Assembly: GCA_024231955.1 (NCBI GenBank)
Contig: JAAEPZ010000249.1
Span: 10,127-74,126 of the forward strand
DNA from: a bacterium
GTDB lineage: Bacteria > Krumholzibacteriota > Krumholzibacteriia > JACNKJ01
Length of the DNA stretch: 64,000 nucleotides
Direction of reading: 5' to 3'
Positions 26,098-35,154 of the stretch are shown piece by piece. The position numbers were made by a program, and so were the translations under genes. The number at the start of each line of letters is the position of its first letter. The first letter of the stretch is position 1. The notes beneath the pieces are model-generated. The model ran no database searches, was not told the DNA's origin, and was given only the letters and a program-made list of their open reading frames with translations.

Positions 26098-27900
26098 ATG
26101 ATCAAGGCGAAGAACATCCGAAACTTCTGTATCATTGCGCATATTGATCATGGCAAGTCGACACTTGCCGATCGTCTGCTCGAATATACCGGGACTCTCG
26201 ATTCACGCTCCATGCAGGCGCAGGTGCTTGACGATATGGAGCTGGAGCGGGAGCGGGGGATCACGATCAAGAGTCATCCGATCGTGATGCACTACACCGA
26301 CGATTCCGGTGAAGAGTGGCGGCTCAACCTCATCGATACCCCCGGACATGTGGATTTCAGCTACGAGGTCAGCCGCAGCCTGGCCGCCTGCGAGGGTGCG
26401 ATCCTGGTGGTGGATGCCGCTCAGGGTGTGGAGGCCCAGACTCTGGCCAACCTGTATCTGGCGCTGGAAAACGATCTCGAAATCCTGCCGGTGATCAACA
26501 AGATCGACCTGCCCAGCGCCCGCCCCGATGAGGTGCGAGAGGAGGTGGGCCACATCCTCGGCGTGGACCCGGATGGCATTCAGGCCGTCAGCGCCAAGAG
26601 TGGTGTCGGTGTGCGCGATCTGCTCGCCGCCATCCCCCGGTTGCTGCCGGCGCCCGTCGATCATTCCGAATTGCCCCTCCGGTCGCTGATTATCGATTCG
26701 AGCTACGATCCCTACCTTGGCGCGGTCGCCACTGTGCGCGTCATGGAGGGCATTCTGCGCAAGGGTGATGCCGTTCGCTTTCTGGCTACGGAGCAATCAT
26801 ACGAGGTGCAGGAGGTCGGGTGCTTCGTGATGAAGCGGCAGCCCCTGAAGGAGTTGCGGGCCGGCGACGTGGGTTACGTCGTAACCGGCGCCAAGCAGAT
26901 TCAGGACGTCCGCGTCGGCGATACGCTGGCGGTGGACAGCTCTCCGCTCCCCGAACGGCTGCCGGGATACCGACCGGTGAAACCCATGGTGTTCAGCGGA
27001 CTCTATCCCATCGATGCCCAGGACTACGAGAATCTGCGCGACGCGTTGCTGCGGCTGCAGCTCAACGACGCGGCGATCACCTACGAACCGGAGAGCAGCA
27101 AGGCGCTCGGCTTCGGTTTCCGCTGCGGCTTCCTGGGGATGCTCCACATGGAGATCGTCCAGGAGCGGCTTGAGCGGGAGTTCAACCTCACCATCATCGC
27201 CACCCTCCCCAATGTGCAGTACGAGGCGACGCTGAAGAGCGGCAACGAGATCACCGTCGCCAACCCGGCCCAGATGCCGGAACCCGGCGAGTATTCCGAG
27301 ATTCGGGAGCCTTACGTCAGGAGCACCATCTATACCCCCTCCGAATATGTGGGCAGTGTCATGAAGCTCTGCATGGATCGTCGCGGCGTGCAGGAGGGGA
27401 TGAGTTATCTCGACAGCAAACGGGTCGAGTTGCATTTTCGATTGCCGTTATCGGAAGTGGTTGTGGACTTTTATGACCGTCTGAAGAACAATAGCCGAGG
27501 ACACGCCAGTTTCGATTACGAGTATTCGGGGCACGAACCCAGTGACCTCATCAAGCTGAGCGTGCTGGTCAACGGCGAGATAGTGGATGCTCTGTCGAGT
27601 ATTGCCCACAGGGAGAAAGCCCATATCTGGGGGCGTCTGCTGGTGAGCAAGCTCAAGGAGGAGATCCCGCGACAGCTCTTCCAGGTGGCTATCCAGGCGG
27701 CGGTCGGCGCGAAGATCGTCGCGCGCTGCAATGTGTCCGCCCTGAGGAAGAATGTAACCGCCAAATGTTACGGTGGAGACATATCGCGAAAACGGAAGCT
27801 GTTGGAGAAACAGCGCGCAGGTAAACGTCGTATGAAATCGGTCGGCAACGTGGAGATACCCCAGGAGGCGTTCCTGGCCATTTTGAAAGTCGAGAGATAG
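26098..27900 (+). CDS. lepA: translation elongation factor 4
   Basis: IRNFCIIAHIDHGKSTLADRLL, DTPGHVDF, NKIDL and a LepA C-terminal domain. Start ATG 26098 follows GGGGGA. Confidence 0.97.
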   Translation: MIKAKNIRNFCIIAHIDHGKSTLADRLLEYTGTLDSRSMQAQVLDDMELERERGITIKSHPIVMHYTDDSGEEWRLNLIDTPGHVDFSYEVSRSLAACEGAILVVDAAQGVEAQTLANLYLALENDLEILPVINKIDLPSARPDEVREEVGHILGVDPDGIQAVSAKSGVGVRDLLAAIPRLLPAPVDHSELPLRSLIIDSSYDPYLGAVATVRVMEGILRKGDAVRFLATEQSYEVQEVGCFVMKRQPLKELRAGDVGYVVTGAKQIQDVRVGDTLAVDSSPLPERLPGYRPVKPMVFSGLYPIDAQDYENLRDALLRLQLNDAAITYEPESSKALGFGFRCGFLGMLHMEIVQERLEREFNLTIIATLPNVQYEATLKSGNEITVANPAQMPEPGEYSEIREPYVRSTIYTPSEYVGSVMKLCMDRRGVQEGMSYLDSKRVELHFRLPLSEVVVDFYDRLKNNSRGHASFDYEYSGHEPSDLIKLSVLVNGEIVDALSSIAHREKAHIWGRLLVSKLKEEIPRQLFQVAIQAAVGAKIVARCNVSALRKNVTAKCYGGDISRKRKLLEKQRAGKRRMKSVGNVEIPQEAFLAILKVER

Positions 27901-27908
27901 GAGAGTTA

Positions 27909-28544
27909 ATGTTCCGGCGCAAGAAAGATACAACCAAGGGTCCCGCCAAGAAAAAGTCGGCTCTCAGGGAAACTATCGATGTCGTCGTGTGGGCCGTAGT
28001 CATGGCCTTCCTGGCGCGCAGTTTCCTGATCCAGGCGTTCCATATCCCCAGCGGCAGCATGAAGGATACACTGCTGGTGGGCGACTTCCTGTTCGTGAAT
28101 AAATTCCTCTACGGTCCGCAGATCCCCTTCACGAAGGTTCGGCTACCCGGCATTCGCGATCCCAAGCCCGGTGATATCCTTGTTTTCCAGTTTCCCGACC
28201 AGAAGGATGACTTCATCAAGCGGTGCGTGGCTGTCGAGGGTCAGACCGTGGAGGTGAAGGGCAACACCCTTTATGTCGACGACATTGCGCAGGAGGAGCC
28301 CTACACCAAGTACATTCATGGCGGCCGTCTCGGGGGCAGGTCCACCCATTTCGGCCCGGTAACGGTACCTGAAGGCAAGCTCTTCATGATGGGGGACAAC
28401 CGCGACAACAGCAGCGACAGCCGGGTGCACGGCTTTGTCGACTGGGAGCGGGACGTCAAGGGCAAGGCTATCTTCATCTACTGGTCCTGGAACGGGGATA
28501 AGAAATTCCCGCGTCTGGATCGTATTGGTGACCTTATCAGATAG
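27909..28544 (+). CDS. lepB: signal peptidase I
   Basis: PSGSMKDTL (Ser box), FIKRCVAVEGQ (Lys box) and GDNRDNSSDSR. Confidence 0.92.
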   Translation: MFRRKKDTTKGPAKKKSALRETIDVVVWAVVMAFLARSFLIQAFHIPSGSMKDTLLVGDFLFVNKFLYGPQIPFTKVRLPGIRDPKPGDILVFQFPDQKDDFIKRCVAVEGQTVEVKGNTLYVDDIAQEEPYTKYIHGGRLGGRSTHFGPVTVPEGKLFMMGDNRDNSSDSRVHGFVDWERDVKGKAIFIYWSWNGDKKFPRLDRIGDLIR

Positions 28545-28558
28545 GACGGATAATCAGC

Positions 28559-29656
28559 GTGCGGCGCTCGCTTTACATCCACATCCCGTTCTGTACGGCA
28601 AAATGCGCGTACTGTAATTTTTATTCGAGGCCCCCGGAGAATACGGGGGCCTTTCTGCGGGCCCTGCTCCTGGAGTTGGAGCAGAAGCGCCCGCTGTTGG
28701 GCGATGAGGCGCTGCCGAGCATCTTCATCGGCGGGGGGACACCAAGTCGGCTGCCCCGTACGGAGCTGGCGGAACTGCTCAAGCACCTCGATCCATTCGT
28801 CGGACCCGACACCGAGTTCACCTGTGAATGCAATCCCGAGGATGTCGATAACGACCTGCTCGCACTGCTGGCCGCCGGTGGTGTGAATCGCGTGAGCATG
28901 GGGCTGCAGTCGCTCATCGATTCCGAATTGCGCCTGTCGGGGCGACGTCACGATGCCGGCACGGTCTGGCGCGCCATGACCCTGACCCGCGCTCGGTCAT
29001 TTCGCCTGGCGGTCGATATGATCATCGGCTTGCCGGGGCAGACCCTCACTTCGTTTCTGGCCTCCTTGGGGGGTGTCCTCGAGTTGAAGCCGGAGCACCT
29101 GTCGCTCTACTGTCTCGAATTGGACGAGCCCGTACCCATGCGGCAGCTGTTTGCGGAGCGCCCCGAACTCGATCCGGGCGACGATCTTCGCGCCGATGCC
29201 TATATGCTGGCTCACAGTCACCTGGCCAAGATGGGCTTTGAGGCCTACGAGGTCTCCAACTGGTGCCGTCCCGGCGGAGTTTGCCGCCACAATCTGGCGA
29301 TTTGGGATAGTGGCGAGTATGTAGGACTTGGACCATCCGCCCACACTTTCGCCGACGGACGACGCTGGTCGCAGCCGGCCGACCTTACCGCCTGGCAGGA
29401 CAATCTGCTGGCCGGAGGACCATCTCTGCGTATCGAAGATCCTCGAGATGAGCAGGCTCTGACCCTGGAGCGATTACTCCTGGCGCTTCGCACCCGGCGT
29501 GGGTTGGATCTTGAGGATCCTCTGCTTGCCGGCAAGGAATCGCTGCTGAAGGACTGCGAGGATGCCGGATGGGCCATCCGGGAGGAGGGGCGTTTCAGCC
29601 TCCTGCCCGCCGGCTGGCTGCGATTGGACGGAATTCTGGCCCGCCTGACTACTTGA
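28559..29656 (+). CDS. hemW: radical SAM heme chaperone HemW (HemN-like, oxygen-independent coproporphyrinogen oxidase family)
   Basis: GTG start. It has LYIHIPFCTAKCAYCNF (CxxxCxxC), FIGGGTPS and a HemN_C-like tail. Confidence 0.88.
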   Translation: MRRSLYIHIPFCTAKCAYCNFYSRPPENTGAFLRALLLELEQKRPLLGDEALPSIFIGGGTPSRLPRTELAELLKHLDPFVGPDTEFTCECNPEDVDNDLLALLAAGGVNRVSMGLQSLIDSELRLSGRRHDAGTVWRAMTLTRARSFRLAVDMIIGLPGQTLTSFLASLGGVLELKPEHLSLYCLELDEPVPMRQLFAERPELDPGDDLRADAYMLAHSHLAKMGFEAYEVSNWCRPGGVCRHNLAIWDSGEYVGLGPSAHTFADGRRWSQPADLTAWQDNLLAGGPSLRIEDPRDEQALTLERLLLALRTRRGLDLEDPLLAGKESLLKDCEDAGWAIREEGRFSLLPAGWLRLDGILARLTT

Positions 29657-29681
29657 CAGCTTTTCAGGGCTGACCTAAATT
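29653..29681 (+). promoter_or_regulatory. sigma-70-type promoter of hrcA-grpE-dnaJ
   Basis: TTGACA-N17-TAAATT overlaps the hemW stop codon. Confidence 0.5.
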
Positions 29682-29712
29682 CTCGTTCACAATACCAAAC
29701 AGGTTGATTTTT

Positions 29713-30498
29713 ATGGATTTCAGGTATTACGACATCCCGACGGATCGCAAATTGAGAGTGCTCGAATCCGTGATCCGGCTCTACACCGAACAGGCGGAAC
29801 CCGTCAGTTCGGCGGCGGTGTCGCGCGCCCTGCAGCGTCGCTGGTCGTCGGCCACGGTACGCAATGTGTTCATGGAGCTTGAGGAGCTGGGCTGGTTGAC
29901 TCAGCCCCATCGCTCCGCCGGACGCGTGCCTACCGATCTCGGTTACCGGGTTTTCGTCGAGCAGATCGTCACCCGCGGCTGCATGGCCAACCCCATGGAT
30001 CAGGTGCTGGAGGCGGAACTCGATCCCGGGCGGCAGTCGCTGATCGAACTCATCGATCAGGCCACGGTTCTGCTCAGCCGGATCAGTCATGCTCTCGGGC
30101 TCTCCGTTCTGGTCTTCTCCCCCGAAAACGAATTGGGGGACAACCGGATCCAGATTGCCGGTGTCGATCAACTGCTCGGGCAGCCCGAATTCGATGATCC
30201 GGGGAGGCTCAAGGTGTTGGTTCGCCTGCTCGATGATTCCGGACCCATCGGTGGCTATCTCGGAGATATCGCGGGGGATCCCGGTGAGGTGACGCTGCAG
30301 ATCGGCGAGGAGAACACTCTGAGCGGGTTCAAGAATTTTACCCTGGTGACAACACGCATCTACCGATCGGAAGAGAAGGCGCTGGTCGGGATACTGGGTC
30401 CTGTGCGGATGGAGTATCCCCTGGTTCTTGGCGCGATGAGCAGCCTTGTTCGTCTACTCCATACCGAAGATACCGACCCGACAGATTCATGGAGCTGA
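29713..30498 (+). CDS. hrcA: heat-inducible transcription repressor HrcA (short form, ~261 aa)
   Basis: LRVLESVIRLYTEQAEPVSSAAVS....SSATVRNVFMELEELGWLTQPHRSAGRVPTDLGYRVFV. Start is ATG 29713; TTG 29704 is also possible. Confidence 0.85.
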   Translation: MDFRYYDIPTDRKLRVLESVIRLYTEQAEPVSSAAVSRALQRRWSSATVRNVFMELEELGWLTQPHRSAGRVPTDLGYRVFVEQIVTRGCMANPMDQVLEAELDPGRQSLIELIDQATVLLSRISHALGLSVLVFSPENELGDNRIQIAGVDQLLGQPEFDDPGRLKVLVRLLDDSGPIGGYLGDIAGDPGEVTLQIGEENTLSGFKNFTLVTTRIYRSEEKALVGILGPVRMEYPLVLGAMSSLVRLLHTEDTDPTDSWS

Positions 30499-30499
30499 C

Positions 30500-31165
30500 A
30501 TGACCGCGAAGAGGAATATGAAAAAGAGCCAGAAGTCGAAGCCCGGCAAGAATGGGAAGAAGAGCAAAGTCGTCGAACTCAATCCCGAACAGACGGCCGA
30601 CGGCAGCGTTGAGGTGCCGTCGGATGAGGTCGATGCCGACTCGGCTGTCGAGGCTGATATCGAGATGACGGCAGAGGAGAAGCTGATTGCCGAGCATTCC
30701 GCCGCAATGGCGGAACTCAGCGACAGACATGCTGCTGCCGCAGCCGCCTGGGCCGAGAAGGAGGACAGTCTGCTCCGCCTCCTGGCCGAACGGGATAACC
30801 AGATGAAGCGCCGTTTCCGGGACAGCGAATTCGAGCAACGCCGCTTCCGCGGTGAGATTCTCGAATCGCTTGTCGCCGTGTTGGACGACCTCGAACGAGC
30901 CCTGTCCCAAGAGATGAATGGGGACTCGGCGAGTTTTACCGAGGGGTTCCAGCTCATCGCCACGCGGATGCTTGAGATCCTGAACGGATTCGGCCTCAAA
31001 CCGATCGAAGCGCTCGGCGAGAAATTCGATCCTCAATACCACGAAGCCCTGATGCAGATGGAGGTCGAGGACACCGAGAAAGGTCTGGTTGTCCAGGAGA
31101 TCCAGAAGGGTTATCTGCTCGATGACAGAGTACTGCGGCCAAGCAAGGTCGCGGTGTCACGCTAG
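30500..31165 (+). CDS. grpE: nucleotide exchange factor GrpE
   Basis: The start lies 1 nt after the hrcA stop. It has a K-rich N-terminus, a coiled coil and FDPQYHEALMQMEVED...QKGYLLDDRVLRPSKVAVS. Confidence 0.92.
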   Translation: MTAKRNMKKSQKSKPGKNGKKSKVVELNPEQTADGSVEVPSDEVDADSAVEADIEMTAEEKLIAEHSAAMAELSDRHAAAAAAWAEKEDSLLRLLAERDNQMKRRFRDSEFEQRRFRGEILESLVAVLDDLERALSQEMNGDSASFTEGFQLIATRMLEILNGFGLKPIEALGEKFDPQYHEALMQMEVEDTEKGLVVQEIQKGYLLDDRVLRPSKVAVSR

Positions 31166-31173
31166 GAAGGTCC

Positions 31174-32301
31174 ATGTCGCAAAGAGATTATTACGAAGTC
31201 CTGGGGCTGGAAAAAAACTGCACGCCTGATGATGTCCGGAAATCTTACCGCAAGCGTGCGATGAAATTCCATCCGGACCGCAATCCCGATGATCCGGGTG
31301 CGGAGGATAAATTCAAAGAGGCCACCGAGGCCTACGAGGTGCTCAAGGACGACCAGAAGCGGCAGGCCTACGATCAGTTCGGCCACGCCGGCGTGTCGGA
31401 TCAGGGTGGCTTTGGCGGCAACCCGTTCGGCGGCGGTGGGGGGATCGACATGGAGGACGCGCTGCGCTCCTTCATGCGCGACTTTGGTTTTGATTCCTTC
31501 TTCGGTGGAGGCGGCGGTCGGGGACGTCAGCAAAACGGACCGGCGCCCGGGCGCGATCTGAGGGTGAAGTTGAAGCTGACGCTGGAGGAGGTCTACGACG
31601 GGACGACCAAGCAGATCAAGATTCAGAAGAAGGTCGCCTGCAGCAACTGCGGCGGCAGCGGGCGACGCCCCGGATCCGAAGTAAGCCGCTGCGCCACCTG
31701 CGGAGGCAGTGGCGAGGTGCGCAGGGTGCAGCGATCGATTCTGGGGCAATTCGTCAACGTTTCCCCCTGTCACGCCTGTAACGGCGAGGGTGTGATCGTC
31801 AAGGACCCCTGCACGAATTGTCGTGGCGAAGGGCGGGCCAACGATCATGAAACGTTGAATGTGAATGTGCCGGCCGGTGTGTCGACGGGTGACTACATCC
31901 CCCTGCGTGGGCAGGGTGAGGCCGGAGTGCGTGGCGCTCAGGCCGGCGATGTGATGGTGATCCTCGAGGTGGTCGAGCATGATCTTTTCGAGCGGATGCG
32001 GCAGGATCTGATAATCGATATGCCCGTGGCGTTCAGTGTTCTGGCGCTGGGCGGCAAGGTGGAGGTGCCGACCCTGGACGGCGCGGCCAAACTCAAGGTG
32101 CCGGCAGGCACGCAGAGTCATCAGCTGTTCCGTTTGCGCGGTAAGGGCTTGCCCCATTTGAATGCGCACCGGCGTGGTGATCTGCTCGTGCGCCTGGTGG
32201 CCTGGTCCCCCGGGCGGACCTCAAAGGAGGAGGCCAAGCTGCTTGAACGTCTTCTCGAACTGGAGGAGAGCAAGGTCCCCGGGCCGCGGCGTCGCTCCTG
32301 A
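31174..32301 (+). CDS. dnaJ: molecular chaperone DnaJ
   Basis: J domain (DYYEVLGL...HPDRNP), G/F region and four CxxCxGxG zinc motifs. Confidence 0.97.
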   Translation: MSQRDYYEVLGLEKNCTPDDVRKSYRKRAMKFHPDRNPDDPGAEDKFKEATEAYEVLKDDQKRQAYDQFGHAGVSDQGGFGGNPFGGGGGIDMEDALRSFMRDFGFDSFFGGGGGRGRQQNGPAPGRDLRVKLKLTLEEVYDGTTKQIKIQKKVACSNCGGSGRRPGSEVSRCATCGGSGEVRRVQRSILGQFVNVSPCHACNGEGVIVKDPCTNCRGEGRANDHETLNVNVPAGVSTGDYIPLRGQGEAGVRGAQAGDVMVILEVVEHDLFERMRQDLIIDMPVAFSVLALGGKVEVPTLDGAAKLKVPAGTQSHQLFRLRGKGLPHLNAHRRGDLLVRLVAWSPGRTSKEEAKLLERLLELEESKVPGPRRRS

Positions 32302-32333
32302 CCGGCAGTCGATCAAGCGATAAACGGGTAAAG

Positions 32334-32371
32334 CAAAGGACCCACCGGCGGATCAACCGGTGGGTCCTTTG
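32334..32371. terminator. bidirectional terminator between convergent dnaJ and cheC
   Basis: CAAAGGACCCACCGG-loop-CCGGTGGGTCCTTTG, a 15-bp perfect stem. Confidence 0.65.
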
Positions 32372-32385
32372 CGATTTGGATGGAT

Positions 32386-32988
32386 TCAGACTTCGTACAT
32401 GTTCTGGGCCATCTGGGTAAGGCTTTCGATCGCAGGCAACCGGAATACGAGGATTATCTCGCCCCTGGTTTCGAAGCTGCTGATTTCAAAGCGCGTCTGG
32501 AGTATTACGACGGCAACCTCGCCGTTTGACTGCTGTATGAATTCGGCGCTTCCGGCCCTGTTCTCATTGTACTCGGGAGGGTTGTATCGGATCGGCGAAT
32601 TGAGCTGATTGCTGAAGGTGCCCATGACGCTGTTGATCATGATGTTGCCGATTTCGGTCAGAGTACCCGCCCGGACCACATCGAGATCCTCCTCGGCGTA
32701 TTCCCCGTCCAGAACAGCCGATATCAATCTGGAGGCATTTGTCCTGGGGATCACCAGAGAGGCCCGGCCCGACATCTCGCCGTGGAAATCCAGCGAAATG
32801 CTGGAGTAATCAATTGCGTAGGATCTTTTCAGCGAATCCTGCAACTCATCAAACGTGCCGAACATCAAATCCGGAACATGCAGCGAGATGTGCATATCGA
32901 GCATGTCGTTCAGGCTCTTGGCGGCTTGGCCCATTCCGATATTGATCAACTCTTTGAGAGCTTCAATCTGATCGACTGAATGCGTCAT
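32386..32988 (-). CDS. cheC: CheC-family CheY-P phosphatase
   Basis: Two copies of the E-x2-N-x22-P motif: KELINIGMGQ...HVP and TEIGNIMINS...NPP. About 200 aa. Confidence 0.75.
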   Translation of the reverse strand: MTHSVDQIEALKELINIGMGQAAKSLNDMLDMHISLHVPDLMFGTFDELQDSLKRSYAIDYSSISLDFHGEMSGRASLVIPRTNASRLISAVLDGEYAEEDLDVVRAGTLTEIGNIMINSVMGTFSNQLNSPIRYNPPEYNENRAGSAEFIQQSNGEVAVVILQTRFEISSFETRGEIILVFRLPAIESLTQMAQNMYEV

Positions 32989-33362
32989 ACAGAATGCTCC
33001 GCCGGTTCCTTGATGAGGTCATCCATCGTGGGCAGAAGTTCATCCCTGATTGACGGCTTGTGGATGAATGCGGATGCGCCCAACCCCTTGCATTCGGCTC
33101 GAGTCGAGTTCTGGATATCCGAAGTGACGACGATGACGGGGGTTGTCTTATCCTTGAGGCGGAAGTTGGCCAGGAAGGTCTGGCCATCCATGATGGGCAT
33201 CAGCAGATCGAGAACAATGCAGTCGTAGGCGATCTCCGCGACGGTGTCCAACCCCTCCTGACCATTAACAGCCTCATCCACAACGCAATCGGCCGCCTCC
33301 AGCAATTTCCGTACATGTCTGCGCGTGATGAAGGAATCGTCGATGATCAGGATTTTACGCAT
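32985..33362 (-). CDS. cheY: CheY-like single-domain response regulator
   Basis: ORF trimmed to MRKILIIDDS after GGAG. It has DLLMPIMDG, VVTSD and IHKP. There is a 4-nt overlap with cheC. Confidence 0.85.
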   Translation of the reverse strand: MRKILIIDDSFITRRHVRKLLEAADCVVDEAVNGQEGLDTVAEIAYDCIVLDLLMPIMDGQTFLANFRLKDKTTPVIVVTSDIQNSTRAECKGLGASAFIHKPSIRDELLPTMDDLIKEPAEHSV

Positions 33363-33723
33363 GGCTTGCTCCAAGCTGGGAGATGGATTCCCGAGATCCC
33401 TTTGGGCGTCATTACCCGGGGGATGCCGGAGGCCCTCTCTTGAATAGCTGCCTATGTCACGGTTCTGCAATGTTATCGGTATTCAGCGTGCCTACCTTGA
33501 GATGAAATCACGGGGTGCTGGGGAGGGGGATTCCGCCCATGACGGACAATTTGCGGATATACCGGATCGATGACATCTGCAAAAGGCCTAATCAGCTGAC
33601 GGCATTTAGACCTCGTGTCGAGAGTCGCGTCTCAAATTGATACAAGGTTTGACTTGCGCAACGGACATCAGATTCCGAATATTTAACCTCAACTCCAATC
33701 AAGTCCGGAAAGACGAGGCGTTC

Positions 33724-34458
33724 ATGTCCGATATTCCGATTCTGTTCATACCCGATTTGAAGATGGGACTGAATAGCCTGGATCTGAATGATGAGGCGTT
33801 TCATCACATGCGGCGGGTGCTGCGTCTGAGAACTGGTGACCAGTTGGAGTTGCGCAATGGCAAGGGGTTGGCCGCTACCGCCGTTATAGGGGAGGCGACC
33901 AAAAAGCATGCGCGGCTGGAGATCCTGAGTTCCGCTGAGTTGCCGCGTCCGCGGCAACCCCGTCTGCGATTGGCTCTACCGCTCCTCAAGGGGAAGCGGC
34001 TGGACTGGGTTCTCGAGAAAACCACCGAACTGGGGGTGGAGGCGTTCCATCTCTTCATCGGTGATCATGGCGTTGTTCGGCGCGACAAGGGTTATGACCG
34101 CTATTCATCCATCGTTACGTCTGCATTCTGTCAGTGTCGTCGGGCGCTGCTGCCCGAGATCCACGACCCTGTCCCTTTCGCGGATCTGATGCAACTCGCG
34201 CTGGCCAATGACTGGCGGGGATTCTGGGCCGATGAATGCTTGGGGATGACAGGCGGTCGGGAGGGGACAACCCCGGTTGCGAGCAACGCTGATCAACCGT
34301 CTCTGGCGTGGATCGGTCCCGAAGGGGGCTTTTCCGAGGGGGAGCGGGAGGCGTTGACCGCCAATGCCCACGCTTTGAGTTTGGGTCCCAATAGACTCCG
34401 TTCGGAGACCGCCGCCGTGGCGCTTGCTTGCCGGTTGCTGTTGCAGCCAGACCTCTGA
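33724..34458 (+). CDS. rsmE: 16S rRNA (uracil1498-N3)-methyltransferase
   Basis: AFHHMRRVLRLRTGDQLELRNGKG, KGKRLDWVLEKTTELGV, and a C-terminal GPEGGFSEGE...LSLGPNRLRSETAAV. Confidence 0.85.
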   Translation: MSDIPILFIPDLKMGLNSLDLNDEAFHHMRRVLRLRTGDQLELRNGKGLAATAVIGEATKKHARLEILSSAELPRPRQPRLRLALPLLKGKRLDWVLEKTTELGVEAFHLFIGDHGVVRRDKGYDRYSSIVTSAFCQCRRALLPEIHDPVPFADLMQLALANDWRGFWADECLGMTGGREGTTPVASNADQPSLAWIGPEGGFSEGEREALTANAHALSLGPNRLRSETAAVALACRLLLQPDL

Positions 34459-34618
34459 TCAGGGCGTTGGGGAACCTGATGTCAGGAAATGTATTCCTTC
34501 TCATGCCTGGCTCCCCCGAACAGCCAGGCCTGACTCGGGATTCAGGTTATCCCGAATGCCGGGTTTAGTCGGATAATTCAGATATATTGAGGTGCGATGA
34601 GGTGCTTTGGGGTACGAT

Positions 34619-34647
34619 TTGACACACCATGAAACCGTGTCTATAAT
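34619..34647 (+). promoter_or_regulatory. consensus sigma-70 promoter of the yqeY-cvpA-mutS2-dnaG-rpoD operon
   Basis: Perfect TTGACA-N17-TATAAT, 60 nt upstream of the yqeY ATG. Confidence 0.6.
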
Positions 34648-34707
34648 GGCTAAGTTTATATACCTCATCCTCTCCCGGCTCTTACATGTATAGAAAAGGA
34701 AGTCTCA

Positions 34708-35154
34708 ATGACCTTGCGGGAACGCCTGGACCATGATCTCAAGGAAGCCCTCAAGCAGGGGGAAAAAGGAAAATTGAGCACCCTGCGGATGATTCGCGCC
34801 GATATCCGGAATGTGGAGATCGACAAGCGTGAAACGATGGACGAGAAGGGGATCATGGATATCCTCGCCCGATACGGTCGCAAACGGAAAGATGCCGCCC
34901 TTGAGTTCCGTAATGGGGGCAGGGAGGATCTGTTCACCAAAGAGATGGCCGAATATGAGGTGGTGCAGGCGTACCTGCCTCAGGCCATGAATGAGGATGA
35001 ACTTACCCGGTTGGTTGACGAAGTGATCGAGGAGGAGGGTGCAGACAGCATGAAGCAGATGGGGGCCGTGATGAAGGTTGTTCTGGAGCGAGCTGCAGGC
35101 CGTGCCGATGGCGGATCCGTCAGCGCAATAGTCAAGGGCAGGCTATCTAAATGA
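34708..35154 (+). CDS. yqeY: GatB/YqeY domain protein
   Basis: LRERLDHDLKEALKQGEK..LSTLRMIRADIRNVEID and MGAVMKVV...GRADGGSVSAIVK. Confidence 0.88.
   Translation: MTLRERLDHDLKEALKQGEKGKLSTLRMIRADIRNVEIDKRETMDEKGIMDILARYGRKRKDAALEFRNGGREDLFTKEMAEYEVVQAYLPQAMNEDELTRLVDEVIEEEGADSMKQMGAVMKVVLERAAGRADGGSVSAIVKGRLSK

Noticed and set aside
29756-29763. GAGTGCTC, resembling a CIRCE half-site
   Set aside because: It lies inside the hrcA coding sequence (it encodes RVLE of the HTH), with no TTAGCACTC partner 9 nt upstream.
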